Below, in pieces: positions 47,050-57,444 of a DNA stretch of 64,000 nt. Made by a program: the position numbers and the translations under genes. Positions within the stretch are counted from its first letter, which is position 1; the number at the start of each line of letters is the position of its first letter. Origin of the DNA: Yoonia sp. (GTDB lineage: Bacteria; Pseudomonadota; Alphaproteobacteria; Rhodobacterales; Rhodobacteraceae); NCBI RefSeq assembly GCF_046498525.1, contig NZ_JAWOAN010000097.1:2567-66566 (forward strand). The letters are read 5' to 3'. The notes beneath the pieces were generated by a model. That model was not told the origin of the DNA and ran no database searches. It saw only the letters and a list, made by a program, of their open reading frames with translations.

Positions 47050-48279
47050 ATGCGCCGTGTTGTTGTCACAGGTCTCGGGATCGTATCACCGATCGGGAAC
47101 AATGCCGAAGAGGTGCTTGCAGCATTGAGAGCCGGTAAGTCCGGGATCGAAGCCTCACCCGAAATGGCCGAGCACGGGTTTCGGAGCCAGATCGCGGGCA
47201 CGCTCAAGATCGACATCAAGGACCATGTCGACAAGCGCACATTGCGCTTCATGGGGCCGGGTGCGGCATACGCGCACATCGCAATGGGCCAGGCAATCGC
47301 AGACGCGGGATTGACCGAAGATCTGATCGTCAACCCGATGACCGGCCTGATCGCAGGCTCCGGCGGGCCATCGACCTCAGCTATTCTGACGGCCCATGAA
47401 GTCGTCAAAAGTACCGGTTCCACCAAACGGATCGGGCCTTTCGCCGTGCCAAAGGCGATGTCCTCGACCGTCAGTGCAAACCTCGCGACGGCCTACAAGA
47501 TCAAAGGCATGAATTTCTCGATTACGTCCGCTTGCTCAACCTCATTGCACTGCATCGGCATGGCGGCACAGCAAGTCGCCTTGGGCACGCAGGACATGAT
47601 GTTCGCAGGCGGCGGCGAGGAACTCGACTGGACGCTGTCGTGCCTCTTTGACGCGATGGGCGCGATGTCGTCGAAATATAACGACACGCCGGAACGCGCG
47701 AGCCGCGCCTTTGACGCCGGCCGCGACGGTTTCGTCATTGCAGGCGGTGGTGCCATGGTCGTGCTGGAAACGCTGGAAAGCGCGCAGGCGCGTGGTGCCA
47801 AGATTTATGCCGAAGTCACCGGTTTTGCTGCCACCTCCGACGGTGCAGACATGGTTGCCCCTTCCGGCGAAGGCGGCGAACGGGCGATGCGGGGTGCGCT
47901 CAAGACGCTGTCTGCCGATCGCAAAGTCAGCTACATCAACGCGCATGGCACATCGACCCCTGTGGGTGACGTCGGCGAAGTCGAGGCGGTACGCCGCGTC
48001 TTCGGTCAGGGCAGCACCCCGCCAATCAGCTCGACCAAGTCGATGACGGGGCATAGCCAAGGTGCCACTGGCGCACAGGAAGCGGTCTATTGTCTGCTGA
48101 TGCTGGAAAATGACTTTATTGCGCCTTCGATCAACGTGGAAAACCTCGATCCCGCTTTGGACCCTGTAGAAATCGCCACCTCGCTGGTCGAAGACGCAGG
48201 GCTGGATACCGTCATGACCAATTCATTTGGTTTTGGCGGCACCAACGGCTCCATGCTTCTTTCCAAAGTCAAGGATTAG
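47050..48279 (+). CDS. fabB: Beta-ketoacyl-ACP synthase I
   Basis: MRRVVVTGLGIVSPIGN…SACSTS…HGTSTPVGD…SFGFGGTNGS…. GGAGAGG lies before the ATG at 47050. Confidence 0.9.
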   Translation: MRRVVVTGLGIVSPIGNNAEEVLAALRAGKSGIEASPEMAEHGFRSQIAGTLKIDIKDHVDKRTLRFMGPGAAYAHIAMGQAIADAGLTEDLIVNPMTGLIAGSGGPSTSAILTAHEVVKSTGSTKRIGPFAVPKAMSSTVSANLATAYKIKGMNFSITSACSTSLHCIGMAAQQVALGTQDMMFAGGGEELDWTLSCLFDAMGAMSSKYNDTPERASRAFDAGRDGFVIAGGGAMVVLETLESAQARGAKIYAEVTGFAATSDGADMVAPSGEGGERAMRGALKTLSADRKVSYINAHGTSTPVGDVGEVEAVRRVFGQGSTPPISSTKSMTGHSQGATGAQEAVYCLLMLENDFIAPSINVENLDPALDPVEIATSLVEDAGLDTVMTNSFGFGGTNGSMLLSKVKD

Positions 48280-48283
48280 GTAA

Positions 48284-49075
48284 ATGACCATTTCAATGCA
48301 GGGCAAGCGCGGGCTGATCATGGGCGTGGCCAATGAACGGTCCATCGCATGGGGCATCGCCAAAGCGATGGCCGAGGCAGGCGCGGAACTGGCGTTCACC
48401 TATCAGGGCGAGGCGTTCGGCAAGCGGCTGGAGCCTTTGGCGCAATCGGTCGGGTCCGACATTATGGTCGATGTGGATGTGACGGATGACGCAAGCATGG
48501 ACCTGGCCTTCCAGACCCTCACGGACCGCTGGGGCAAGCTTGATTTCGTCGTGCACGCCATCGCGTTCTCGGACAAGAACGAACTGACAGGGCGCTTCAT
48601 CAACACCAGCCGCGAGAACTTCACGAACTCGCTGATGATCTCTTGTTATTCCTTCATTGACGTGGCCAGTCGCGCATCCCGGATGATGCCCGATGGCGGA
48701 ACCTTGTTGACGCTGACCTATCAGGGGTCGAACCGCGTGACGCCTTTCTACAACGTCATGGGTGTGGCGAAGGCCGCGCTCGAATCAGCGACGCGTTACC
48801 TTGCCAATGACCTCGGCCCGCAGGGTATACGCGTCAACGCAATCAGCCCCGGCCCGATGAAAACACTGGCAGGCGCGGCGATTGGCGGCGCCCGCAAGAC
48901 TTACAAGCACACCGATATGAACGCGCCCTTGCGGTCGAATGCAACGCTGGAGGCCGTGGGCGGCACGGCTGTCTACCTCGCCTCGGATGCCGGTGCCTGC
49001 ACAACAGGTGAGATCATCCGCGTTGACGGTGGCTTTCACGTTTTGGGCATGCCGCAGCCCGATCATCTGGTCTGA
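48284..49075 (+). CDS. fabI: Enoyl-ACP reductase (NADH)
   Basis: …GKRGLIMGVANERSIAWGIAKA…YNVMGVAKAALE…ISPGPMKTLA…. Confidence 0.9.
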   Translation: MTISMQGKRGLIMGVANERSIAWGIAKAMAEAGAELAFTYQGEAFGKRLEPLAQSVGSDIMVDVDVTDDASMDLAFQTLTDRWGKLDFVVHAIAFSDKNELTGRFINTSRENFTNSLMISCYSFIDVASRASRMMPDGGTLLTLTYQGSNRVTPFYNVMGVAKAALESATRYLANDLGPQGIRVNAISPGPMKTLAGAAIGGARKTYKHTDMNAPLRSNATLEAVGGTAVYLASDAGACTTGEIIRVDGGFHVLGMPQPDHLV

Positions 49076-49091
49076 ACACCGCAAAAAGAAA

Positions 49092-49116
49092 CGGCCCCGT
49101 CAAAGGGACAGGGCCG
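49092..49116. terminator. Bidirectional hairpin between fabI and the FKBP gene
   Basis: CGGCCCCGTC-AAAGG-GACAGGGCCG has one mismatch. The minus-strand side is followed by TTTCTTTTT. Confidence 0.5.
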
Positions 49117-49144
49117 CCTTCTTATGTCTTGCGTTACGTCGCAC

Positions 49145-49579
49145 TCAGGCCTCGTCGATTCCGACAACCTCGATCGCAAAGTTCAAATCTTGCCCAGCCA
49201 ACGGGTGGTTTGCATCCAGCGTCACTTCGGTTTCGGTCACTTCGGCAACCGTCACAGGCACGACCTGCCCTTGTGGTGTCTGCATCTGCAACTGTGTGCC
49301 AACGTCCAGTGGGATGTCTGCGGGGATTCCTTCGCGCGGCACAGCCTGCACCGCTTCGGGGTTGGTGTCACCGTAGGCTTGGGCACAGGGTACTTCCACG
49401 ACTTTCTTCTCACCGACAGCCATGCCGGGAATCGCGTTATCAAGGCCGTTGATGATCTGACCGGCCCCGACGACAAACTCCAGTGGATCGCGCCCTTCGG
49501 AGCTGTCGAATGTCTCACCGGTGTTCAAAGTTCCGACGTAGTTGATGCGTACGGTATCGCCTGCTTTTGCTTGGTTCAT
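49145..49579 (-). CDS. FKBP-type peptidyl-prolyl cis-trans isomerase (SlyD-like, short)
   Basis: MNQAKAGDTVRINYVGTLNTGETFDSSEGRDPLEFVVGAGQIINGLDNAIPGM…DANHPLAGQDLNFAIEVV. Only the last 144 codons of ORF 49145..50209 are credible. Confidence 0.85.
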   Translation of the reverse strand: MNQAKAGDTVRINYVGTLNTGETFDSSEGRDPLEFVVGAGQIINGLDNAIPGMAVGEKKVVEVPCAQAYGDTNPEAVQAVPREGIPADIPLDVGTQLQMQTPQGQVVPVTVAEVTETEVTLDANHPLAGQDLNFAIEVVGIDEA

Positions 49580-49711
49580 GGGTTTGCCTCTTTCATCCTT
49601 AACAAAAATTCGGTGCCACGGTACGCGTTGGAACACCGCAATGCAAACACATCGCCTCTTTTCGGCAGAACCCTGCCATGACACGATGCAGACGCAACCT
49701 TGGAGAAGAAA

Positions 49712-50389
49712 ATGCCGATCACGACAGTTGTGTTTGATGCCTACGGAACACTGTTCGATGTGAACGCGGCCGCCATGCAAACGGCCAAGGACCCCGCACA
49801 TGCGGATGTGGCCGATATCTGGCCAGCGCTGGCCCGTGATTGGCGGCTCAAGCAATTGCAATATACGTGGCTGCGCACGGTTGCAGGCCGGCACTGCGAT
49901 TTCTGGCAAGTCACCCAAGACGGGCTGGATTGGGCGATGGAGGCACATGGGCTGACGTCCCTGACCACCCGCGCGCGTCTGCTGGAACTTTATCGGGAAC
50001 TGGCAGCCTACCCCGAAGTGGCTGCCATGCTGGCGACACTCAAGCAACAGGACAAGGCGACCGCGATTCTGTCGAACGGATCGCATGATATGTTGCAAGG
50101 CGCGGTCACTTCGGCACAGATCGGCGATGTTCTGGATGCCGTGCTGAGTGTCGAGGATGTCGGCGTCTTTAAACCACACGCCCGTGTCTATGACTTGATC
50201 GGTATCCATTTCGGCTGTGCCAAGGATAATGTTCTTTTCGTCTCATCGAACGGCTGGGACGCGGCGGGGGCAGCGGGCTATGGTTTTCAGACTGCTTGGG
50301 TCAACCGCGCTGGCGAACCGATGGATCGTCTTTATGCATCGCCGCAGCATGTGCTGTCCGACCTAAGCACCATACCGGAGCTTGCCTGA
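49712..50389 (+). CDS. Haloacid dehalogenase type II (L-2-haloacid dehalogenase-like HAD hydrolase)
   Basis: …VVFDAYGTLFDV…WRLKQLQYTWLR…ILSNGS…KPHARVY…FVSSNGWDAAGA…. GGAG lies before the ATG at 49712. Confidence 0.8.
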   Translation: MPITTVVFDAYGTLFDVNAAAMQTAKDPAHADVADIWPALARDWRLKQLQYTWLRTVAGRHCDFWQVTQDGLDWAMEAHGLTSLTTRARLLELYRELAAYPEVAAMLATLKQQDKATAILSNGSHDMLQGAVTSAQIGDVLDAVLSVEDVGVFKPHARVYDLIGIHFGCAKDNVLFVSSNGWDAAGAAGYGFQTAWVNRAGEPMDRLYASPQHVLSDLSTIPELA

Positions 50390-51207
50390 TGCCAAACTAC
50401 ACCTCGCATGACGGGCTGACCCTGCATTACACCGATGAAGGCGAGGGCCTGCCGGTGATCGCGCTTGCCGGACTCACCCGCAATGGCGCCGACTTCGATC
50501 ATGTCGCTCCGCATTTACCGGTGCGCCTGATCCGGCCCGATTATCGCGGACGCGGACAGTCGGATTGGGCCGATCCCGCGACCTATACGATCCCGCAAGA
50601 GGCGCAGGATGTGCTGGCACTGATGGATCATCTGGGGCTTGAGAAAGCGGCGATTCTTGGCACATCGCGTGGCGGTTTGATTGCGATGGTGCTCGCGGCG
50701 ACAGCCAGAGACCGACTGCTTGGCGTGGCCCTGAACGATATCGGACCCGTCATCGCGGAAAAGGGTCTGGACGTCATCAAAGACTACATCGGACGCAACC
50801 CTCCACAAAAAACCCTTGCCAAGGCAGCAGAGGCGCGCGCCAGACTGTGGACCCATTTCAACGACGTTCCGATGGACCGCTGGCTGGCCGAGGTGAAGGC
50901 ACACTATAAGCAAACCGGAAACGGGCTGGTCATCCGCTATGATCCCGCACTGCGCGACGCCGTGCTTGCCGCCGGTGCGCAACCCGCGCCGGATCTGTGG
51001 CCTTTGTTCGATGCCTTGTCAGACCTGCCGCTTGCCCTGATCCGCGGCGCAAATTCTGACCTGCTGACCCTCGAGACAGCAGACGAAATGTCCCGCCGCC
51101 GCCCTGACATGATTCGTGCAGATATTCCCGGTCGCGGACATGTTCCTTTCCTCGACGAACCCCAAGCGCTGGATGCGCTGCACCTTTGGCTGGAGAAACT
51201 GCAATGA
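50389..51207 (+). CDS. Alpha/beta hydrolase
   Basis: MPNYTSHDGLTLHYTDEGEGLPVIALAGLTRNG…LGTSRGG…GHVPFLDEP. TGATG coupling to the upstream gene. Confidence 0.75.
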   Translation: MPNYTSHDGLTLHYTDEGEGLPVIALAGLTRNGADFDHVAPHLPVRLIRPDYRGRGQSDWADPATYTIPQEAQDVLALMDHLGLEKAAILGTSRGGLIAMVLAATARDRLLGVALNDIGPVIAEKGLDVIKDYIGRNPPQKTLAKAAEARARLWTHFNDVPMDRWLAEVKAHYKQTGNGLVIRYDPALRDAVLAAGAQPAPDLWPLFDALSDLPLALIRGANSDLLTLETADEMSRRRPDMIRADIPGRGHVPFLDEPQALDALHLWLEKLQ

Positions 51208-52175
51208 ACATCGAAATGATCCGCGCCGCGGCCGGTCGCATCAAGGGCCATGCAAGGCGCACGCCGATCCTGACCTCGCCTTTCCTTGACGACATCGCTG
51301 GGCGGCGGGTTTTCGTAAAGGCCGAATGTCTGCAACACACGGGATCGTTTAAATTCCGCGGTGGTTGGTCCGCAGTGTCTGCCCTTTCCGACAAAGCCAT
51401 CAAGACCGGCGTCATCGCATTCTCAAGCGGCAATCACGCGCAAGGCGTTGCCTTGGCGGCCCGTGAACATGGCGCACCGGCGGTGATCGTGATGCCCCGT
51501 GATGCCCCGACGATCAAGATCGACAACACCCGCGCGTTGGGGGCCGAAGTCATCCTTTATGATCGCGAAACGGAAGACCGTGACGAAATCGGCGCGCGCC
51601 TTTCAAAGGAACGTGGCCTGACCCTGATCAAGCCTTTTGATGAACCGCAGGTGATCGCAGGCCAAGGCACGACCGGACTGGAGATTGCCGAAGACATGAA
51701 CGCCCTCGGCGTGACCCAGGCAGATGTGGTGGTTTGCTGTGGCGGTGGCGGGTTGACCTCTGGCATCGCGCTTGCTCTGGCCGCCGATGCGCCGGGGCTT
51801 CGGGTGCGCCCGGCAGAGCCGGAAGCTTTTGACGATGTCACCCAGTCTTTGGCAAGTGGCAAGATCGAAAGAAACACACGATTGGGCGGTTCGCTTTGTG
51901 ATGCGATCATCACTCCGCAACCCGGCGATCTGACCTTTCCGATCATGCTGGAACACTGCGGACCGGGGATTGTGGTGACCGAAGAAGAATGCCTGCGCGC
52001 GGTTGGGCTAGCCTTCGAGCGATTGAAGATCGTGGTGGAACCGGGCGGGGCCGCCGCCCTTGCCGCCGCACTCTTCCATTCCGACGCATTCACAGGTGAC
52101 GCGGTGATTGCCGTGGCCACCGGCGGAAACGTCGATCCGGATGTGTTTGTGCGTGCATTGGAAACCCTCAAGTGA
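51204..52175 (+). CDS. PLP-dependent threonine/serine dehydratase family protein (serine racemase-like)
   Basis: …RRTPILTSPFLDD…VKAECLQHTGSFKFRGG…SSGNHAQGVA…. ATGA coupling to the upstream gene. Confidence 0.8.
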   Translation: MNIEMIRAAAGRIKGHARRTPILTSPFLDDIAGRRVFVKAECLQHTGSFKFRGGWSAVSALSDKAIKTGVIAFSSGNHAQGVALAAREHGAPAVIVMPRDAPTIKIDNTRALGAEVILYDRETEDRDEIGARLSKERGLTLIKPFDEPQVIAGQGTTGLEIAEDMNALGVTQADVVVCCGGGGLTSGIALALAADAPGLRVRPAEPEAFDDVTQSLASGKIERNTRLGGSLCDAIITPQPGDLTFPIMLEHCGPGIVVTEEECLRAVGLAFERLKIVVEPGGAAALAAALFHSDAFTGDAVIAVATGGNVDPDVFVRALETLK

Positions 52176-52240
52176 TCCGGCACAAGGATGACGCCGAGCC
52201 CCCTCTCCGGTCCGAGGGCAAGGCACTGGAATAGTCGCAA

Positions 52241-53053
52241 ATGCAAGAAAAGATAATCACACGACCGGATGGAACCGGCATATACGCCCGCATCACCGGG
52301 CCCCGGAACGGTCCGGTGGTCGTGCTTTCGCACGCATTGGGAACGACGCTGCACCTATGGGATCCAGTGTTGCCATTGTTGCCCGCAGAGTTGCGCGTCT
52401 TGCGCTATGACATGCGTGGGCACGGTCGTTCCGGCGTACCCGATGCACCTTATACGATGGGTCAGTTGGTCAGTGATGCAGAGGCTGTCTGCGATAGCTT
52501 CGACATCAAAGACGCGATGTTTGTCGGCCTTTCGGTCGGCGGAATGGTGGCGCAGGGGTTGGCCGTGAAGCGCCCCGATTTGATCAGGGCGCTGGTGCTG
52601 TCGAATACCGCTGCAAAAATCGGCCATCCCGAGCTCTGGAAAGACAGAATTGATCGGGTCAACGCCCAAGGCATGTCGGGCGTTGCCGATCAGGTTATGC
52701 AGCGATGGTTCGGACGGAATTTTTATGGATCATCCGGCATGGTGCGCTGGCTGGACATGCTGATGCAGACGCCGCCGCAAGGTTACAACGGTGTATGTGC
52801 AGCCATTTCAGGCACTGATTTCTACACACCCACAAGCGGGTTGCGCATACCCACACTTGGCATTGCCGGAACACAGGATGGGGCAACACCCCCTGATCTG
52901 GTGCGCGAAACGGTCGACATTATACCCGGAGCACAATTTGCACTGATCCGGCGCGCCGGTCACTTGCCTTGTGTGGAAACGCCAGAGACATTCGCCCGGC
53001 ACCTTTGTGACTTCATATCCGCAACAGGCCACCTTGCGACCGATGCTGCCTGA
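52241..53053 (+). CDS. Alpha/beta hydrolase, 3-oxoadipate enol-lactonase-like
   Basis: …VVVLSHALGTTLHLWDPVLP…YDMRGHGRS…FVGLSVGGMVAQ…AGHLPCVE…. Confidence 0.7.
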   Translation: MQEKIITRPDGTGIYARITGPRNGPVVVLSHALGTTLHLWDPVLPLLPAELRVLRYDMRGHGRSGVPDAPYTMGQLVSDAEAVCDSFDIKDAMFVGLSVGGMVAQGLAVKRPDLIRALVLSNTAAKIGHPELWKDRIDRVNAQGMSGVADQVMQRWFGRNFYGSSGMVRWLDMLMQTPPQGYNGVCAAISGTDFYTPTSGLRIPTLGIAGTQDGATPPDLVRETVDIIPGAQFALIRRAGHLPCVETPETFARHLCDFISATGHLATDAA

Positions 53054-53094
53054 TCGCGCTTGCAAAGTGAACCGCACAGCTTAATCCTGCACCG

Positions 53095-54312
53095 ATGAAC
53101 AAGCGCCTTGCCGTCACATTTATCCTGATCTCGGTCATGCTTGATAGTATGGGGATCGGGCTGATCATGCCCGTGATGCCCGATTTGATCCAAGAGGTCG
53201 AAGGGCAAGGCATTGGCGCTGCCGCTGTCTGGGGCGGCATCATGGCGACGACATTTGCCGCGATGCAGTTCTTGTTCGGGCCAACACTGGGCAGCCTCTC
53301 TGACCGGTACGGGCGCAGACCGATTCTGATCATTTCGCTGGTGATCATGGCGTTCAATTATGTGCTGATGGCACTGGCCATGACGATATGGCTGCTGATC
53401 ATCGCGCGGGTCATCGGTGGGATCACCGCCGCGACACAAGCGACCTCGGCCGCCTATATGGCTGATATTTCAAAGCCGGAGGAAAAAGCGGCCAACTTTG
53501 GCCTGGTCGGAGCAGCCTTCGGTATGGGTTTCGTGCTAGGCCCCCTTATCGGAGGGGTACTGGCGGAATATGGCACCCGTGCGCCGTTCTGGGCCGCCGC
53601 CATGCTTGCTGCGGCAAATGCCGTTTTCGGGTATTTCGTCCTCCCCGAAACCGTCACTGACCGGATTCGCCGCCCCTTCGAATGGCGCCGTGCGAACCCG
53701 CTTGGGGCGTTCAAGAACATCGGGGCTCTCCCCGGTCTCAAGCGGTTGCTGCTCATCGCCTTCGTCTACACCATCGCGTTCTTCGTCTATCCCGGCGTCT
53801 GGGCCTATTTCGGGGCGGAACGCTTCGACTGGGGCCCGGGGATGATCGGCTTGTCGCTCGGGCTTTTCGGGATCGGGATCGCCATTGTGCAAGGTGTGCT
53901 GATCCGGCCCATCCTAAAGCGGATCGGGGAACGCAAGGCGGTGATCCTTGGGCTGTCTGTCGATGTGCTGGCCTTCATGGCGCTGGGTTTTGTGACCAAT
54001 GGTTGGATCGCGCTGGCGCTGACGCCACTGACGGCACTGGGGTCAATCGCGGGGCCTGCCTTGCAGGGGATCATGTCGCGCACTGCGTCCGATGACCAAC
54101 AAGGCGAATTGCAGGGTACAGTGACCTCAATCAATGCTGTCGCTACAATCGTGGCCCCTTTGATGGTCACGCAGACCTTCTGGTTCTTTACCGCAAGCAA
54201 TGCCCCGTTCTATCTGCCAGGCGCCCCTTTTCTGCTGTCTGCGGTCCTGACCATCGGCTGCATCATCGTCTTTATGCAGACGCCAAGGCCAAAGCGCGTC
54301 CGCGTCACCTGA
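53095..54312 (+). CDS. MFS transporter (TetA/DHA1-like)
   Basis: …LDSMGIGLIMPVMPDL…GPTLGSLSDRYGRRPILI… are the class motifs of TetA-like MFS pumps. Confidence 0.8.
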   Translation: MNKRLAVTFILISVMLDSMGIGLIMPVMPDLIQEVEGQGIGAAAVWGGIMATTFAAMQFLFGPTLGSLSDRYGRRPILIISLVIMAFNYVLMALAMTIWLLIIARVIGGITAATQATSAAYMADISKPEEKAANFGLVGAAFGMGFVLGPLIGGVLAEYGTRAPFWAAAMLAAANAVFGYFVLPETVTDRIRRPFEWRRANPLGAFKNIGALPGLKRLLLIAFVYTIAFFVYPGVWAYFGAERFDWGPGMIGLSLGLFGIGIAIVQGVLIRPILKRIGERKAVILGLSVDVLAFMALGFVTNGWIALALTPLTALGSIAGPALQGIMSRTASDDQQGELQGTVTSINAVATIVAPLMVTQTFWFFTASNAPFYLPGAPFLLSAVLTIGCIIVFMQTPRPKRVRVT

Positions 54313-54387
54313 AGGACGTTTTCAGACTTGCAAGCGCGGACGACTAAAAGCAGGGTCGCATCCAAGACATGAACCAAGGACAACACC

Positions 54388-55467
54388 ATGCCAGAAATAA
54401 AAGCCGCCGTTTGCCGTGAATTCGGCGCGCCACTGACCATCGAAACCGTCACGCTCGCAGCGCCCGATACAGGCGAGGTCGAGGTCACGCTGAAAGCCTG
54501 CGCGATCTGCCACTCCGATATTTCCTACATCGACGGTGCATGGGGCGGCACCCTGCCTGCGGTCTATGGGCACGAGGCTGCGGGACACGTCACTGCGGTC
54601 GGCACTGGCGTGCGCGGCGTTGCGGTCGGCGATCCGGTGGTGGTGACCCTGATCCGTGCCTGCGGCACGTGCCCCTCCTGTGCGTGCGGCAAGCCGGTCG
54701 CGTGCGAAGGCGACATGGCCAGCGGACCGATCACCGGCGCTGCGGGCGAACCTTTGCTTCAGGCTATGAACACCGGCGGTTTTGCAGAGCGGGTCGTTGT
54801 GGATCAAAGCCAGATCGTGAAGCTCTCCGGCGGGATCACAATGGAGGCTGCATCGCTGCTGGCTTGCGGCGTGATCACCGGCGTCGGTGCGGTCGTCAAC
54901 GCTGCGCATTTGCGCGCCGGGCAGGATGTGGTCGTGATCGGTGCAGGCGGCGTCGGCCTCAACGCGATCCAGGGTGCGCGGATCGCCGGTGCACGCCGGA
55001 TCATCGCAGTGGATATGTCCGAAGAGAAACTCGCAATCGCAAAGGAATTCGGCGCGACCGACGGTGTACTTGCAACGCAGGAAAAACCATGGCGGCAGGC
55101 CAAGGCCGCGATGGGACGCGGTGCCGATGCCGTCTTTGTCACGGTCGGCGCGATCCCCGCCTATGACACGGCACCACAATATCTGGCAAACGGCGGCAAG
55201 GTGATTATGGTCGGTATGCCCCATTCGGGTGCGATGTCGACCTACGAGCCGGTGATGCTGGCTGCAACAGGGCAAGGTATGGTGGGCTCCAAGATGGGTG
55301 ACGTGGTGATCGCACGTGATATCCCGTGGATGGTCGATCTGTATGAACAAGGGCGGTTGAAGCTTGATGAGCTGATTTCGGGCCGCTGGTCACTTGACCA
55401 GATCAATGAAGCGATTGCGGATACCAAGACCGGCAGCGCAAAACGCAACGTGATTGTCTTCGATTAG
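54388..55467 (+). CDS. Zinc-dependent alcohol dehydrogenase family protein
   Basis: …CAICHSDI…GHEAAGHV…, structural-zinc Cys cluster C..C..C…C, and NAD fold VIGAGGVGL. Confidence 0.85.
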   Translation: MPEIKAAVCREFGAPLTIETVTLAAPDTGEVEVTLKACAICHSDISYIDGAWGGTLPAVYGHEAAGHVTAVGTGVRGVAVGDPVVVTLIRACGTCPSCACGKPVACEGDMASGPITGAAGEPLLQAMNTGGFAERVVVDQSQIVKLSGGITMEAASLLACGVITGVGAVVNAAHLRAGQDVVVIGAGGVGLNAIQGARIAGARRIIAVDMSEEKLAIAKEFGATDGVLATQEKPWRQAKAAMGRGADAVFVTVGAIPAYDTAPQYLANGGKVIMVGMPHSGAMSTYEPVMLAATGQGMVGSKMGDVVIARDIPWMVDLYEQGRLKLDELISGRWSLDQINEAIADTKTGSAKRNVIVFD

Positions 55468-55497
55468 GCTAATCGCCTTTGCACGAAAGGATGCCCC

Positions 55498-56739
55498 ATG
55501 AAACTCGCTGATCTCGATATTATCGTCACGGCACCACCTGCCCCCGGCTGGGGCGGGCGCTATTGGATCATTCCGAAAGTAACGACGGACACAGGCATCG
55601 TAGGCTATGGCGAATGCTATGCCTCTTCCATCGGGCCGGACGCCATGAAAGCCGTGATCAAGGACGTTTTTGCGCGGCACATGGCGGGCGAAAATCCGGA
55701 AAACATCGAACTGATGTTCCGCCGCGTCTATTCATCAGGCTTCACCCAACGCCCCGATCTGACGGTCATCGGCGCATGGTCGGGGTTGGAAATGGCCTGT
55801 TGGGATATCCTAGGCAAGGACCGCGACCGCCCCGTCCATGCCCTGATCGGCGGGCGCATGAATGACCGCATCCGCGCCTATACCTACCTTTATCCGCGCC
55901 CGTCACACCCGCTGCCAGAGTTCTGGGCCAGCCCTGATATGGCCGCAGAAGTCGCACTCGATATGGTTGAAAAGGGATATACGGCTGTCAAATTCGATCC
56001 CGCAGGCCCCTACACGATCCGCGGCGGGCATATGCCATCGCTGCATGACATCACCCTGTCGGTGGCTTTTTGCAAGGCGATCCGTGACACCATTGGTGAC
56101 AGTGCGGACCTCTTGTTCGGCACACACGGACAATTCAGCACCGGCGGCGCGATCCGGCTGGGCAAAGCCTTGGAACCCTACAGCCCGCTTTGGTACGAAG
56201 AACCGATCCCGCCAGATAACGTGGCCGAGATGGCAAAGGTCGCAAGTGCGGTCGGCATACCCATTGCAACCGGCGAACGGCTGACGACAAAGGCCGAGTT
56301 TGCACCGATCCTGCGCGCAGGGGCAGCGACGATCCTGCAACCCGCCTTGGGGCGCTCCGGCGGTATCTGGGAAACCAAGAAGATCGCGGCGATGGCAGAA
56401 GTCTATAACGCGCAACTGGCCCCGCATCTTTATGCGGGTCCGGTGGAATGGGCCGCCAATATCCAACTGGCAGCGTCGATCCCGAATATCCTGATGGCTG
56501 AAACCATCGAGTCATCGTTCCACAACGACCTTATCAAGGGAACGATCACGGTCGAAGACGGGTATATTCCCGTCCCGACCGCAGCGGGCCTTGGCATCGA
56601 CTTTGACGAAGACCTCGCGCGTGCGCACCCCTACACCGACGACGGGTTGCATCTGCAAATGCAGGAAGCGCCGATTGGATACCATGGTGTGAACAGTTTT
56701 GCAGGGGGCGCGCCGGTCAAGCGGGAAACGGCCGACTGA
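55498..56739 (+). CDS. Enolase-superfamily enzyme (mandelate racemase/muconate lactonizing, sugar-acid dehydratase-like)
   Basis: …YGECYAS…WDILGK…VKFDP…WYEEP…ATGERL… are the metal-ligand regions. Confidence 0.8.
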   Translation: MKLADLDIIVTAPPAPGWGGRYWIIPKVTTDTGIVGYGECYASSIGPDAMKAVIKDVFARHMAGENPENIELMFRRVYSSGFTQRPDLTVIGAWSGLEMACWDILGKDRDRPVHALIGGRMNDRIRAYTYLYPRPSHPLPEFWASPDMAAEVALDMVEKGYTAVKFDPAGPYTIRGGHMPSLHDITLSVAFCKAIRDTIGDSADLLFGTHGQFSTGGAIRLGKALEPYSPLWYEEPIPPDNVAEMAKVASAVGIPIATGERLTTKAEFAPILRAGAATILQPALGRSGGIWETKKIAAMAEVYNAQLAPHLYAGPVEWAANIQLAASIPNILMAETIESSFHNDLIKGTITVEDGYIPVPTAAGLGIDFDEDLARAHPYTDDGLHLQMQEAPIGYHGVNSFAGGAPVKRETAD

Positions 56740-56802
56740 GAGAGCCCGGCGGGTGCGGCAAATTTTCTTTTCAAAACCGCTCCTTTTGGCCAAAGTCACC
56801 CT

Positions 56803-57444
56803 ATGAAATTCCTGCGTCAATTTGCAGCCCGGATCGTGGGGCAATCCATCCGCATCTTCGCGCGCGCGATCACCGCCGTGCGCGCCGACTGGAAAGGGAT
56901 CGAACCGGTTCCGCGCCAACGCGTCTATTTCGCCAATCACACCAGCAACGCCGATATGCCGATGATCTGGTCAGTACTGCCGCCCGCGATGCGCCGCACC
57001 GTCCGTCCGGTGGCCGCCGCCGATTACTGGCTGAAGACCAGACTTCGCGCCTTCGTCGGGCCAGAGGTATTCAATTGCGTGCTGGTCGACCGCAGGCCCG
57101 AGGTCAAAGACAAACCGATGGACAAGATCATCGCCGCCCTTGACGAAGGATCGTCACTGATCATTTTTCCCGAAGGCAACCGCAACATGACCGACGACCC
57201 CCTGCTACCGTTCAAGGCGGGGCTCTATAACATGGGTGTCGCACGGCCCGAGGTCGATCTGGTGCCCACATGGGTCGCCAACCTGACCGAGATCATGCCC
57301 AAGAGTGAAATCATCCCCCTGCCCCTGATCTGCACGGTAACATTCGGCGAACCGATCCATGTGCGCGAGGGCGAAAGCAAGAACGAGTTCCTCAAGCGTG
57401 CCTCTGACGCGCTGCTGGCCCAACGCCCTCAGGAGCGGACATGA
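56803..57444 (+). CDS. Lysophospholipid (1-acyl-glycerol-3-phosphate) acyltransferase family protein
   Basis: The HX4D box appears as NHTSNAD, together with the FPEGNR motif. Confidence 0.75.
   Translation: MKFLRQFAARIVGQSIRIFARAITAVRADWKGIEPVPRQRVYFANHTSNADMPMIWSVLPPAMRRTVRPVAAADYWLKTRLRAFVGPEVFNCVLVDRRPEVKDKPMDKIIAALDEGSSLIIFPEGNRNMTDDPLLPFKAGLYNMGVARPEVDLVPTWVANLTEIMPKSEIIPLPLICTVTFGEPIHVREGESKNEFLKRASDALLAQRPQERT

Noticed and set aside
49580-50209. N-terminal 210 codons of the 354-aa ORF 49145..50209.
   Set aside because: Only the last 144 codons match an FKBP/SlyD-type isomerase and have an RBS. The upstream part is antisense to the haloacid dehalogenase gene and has poor coding character.
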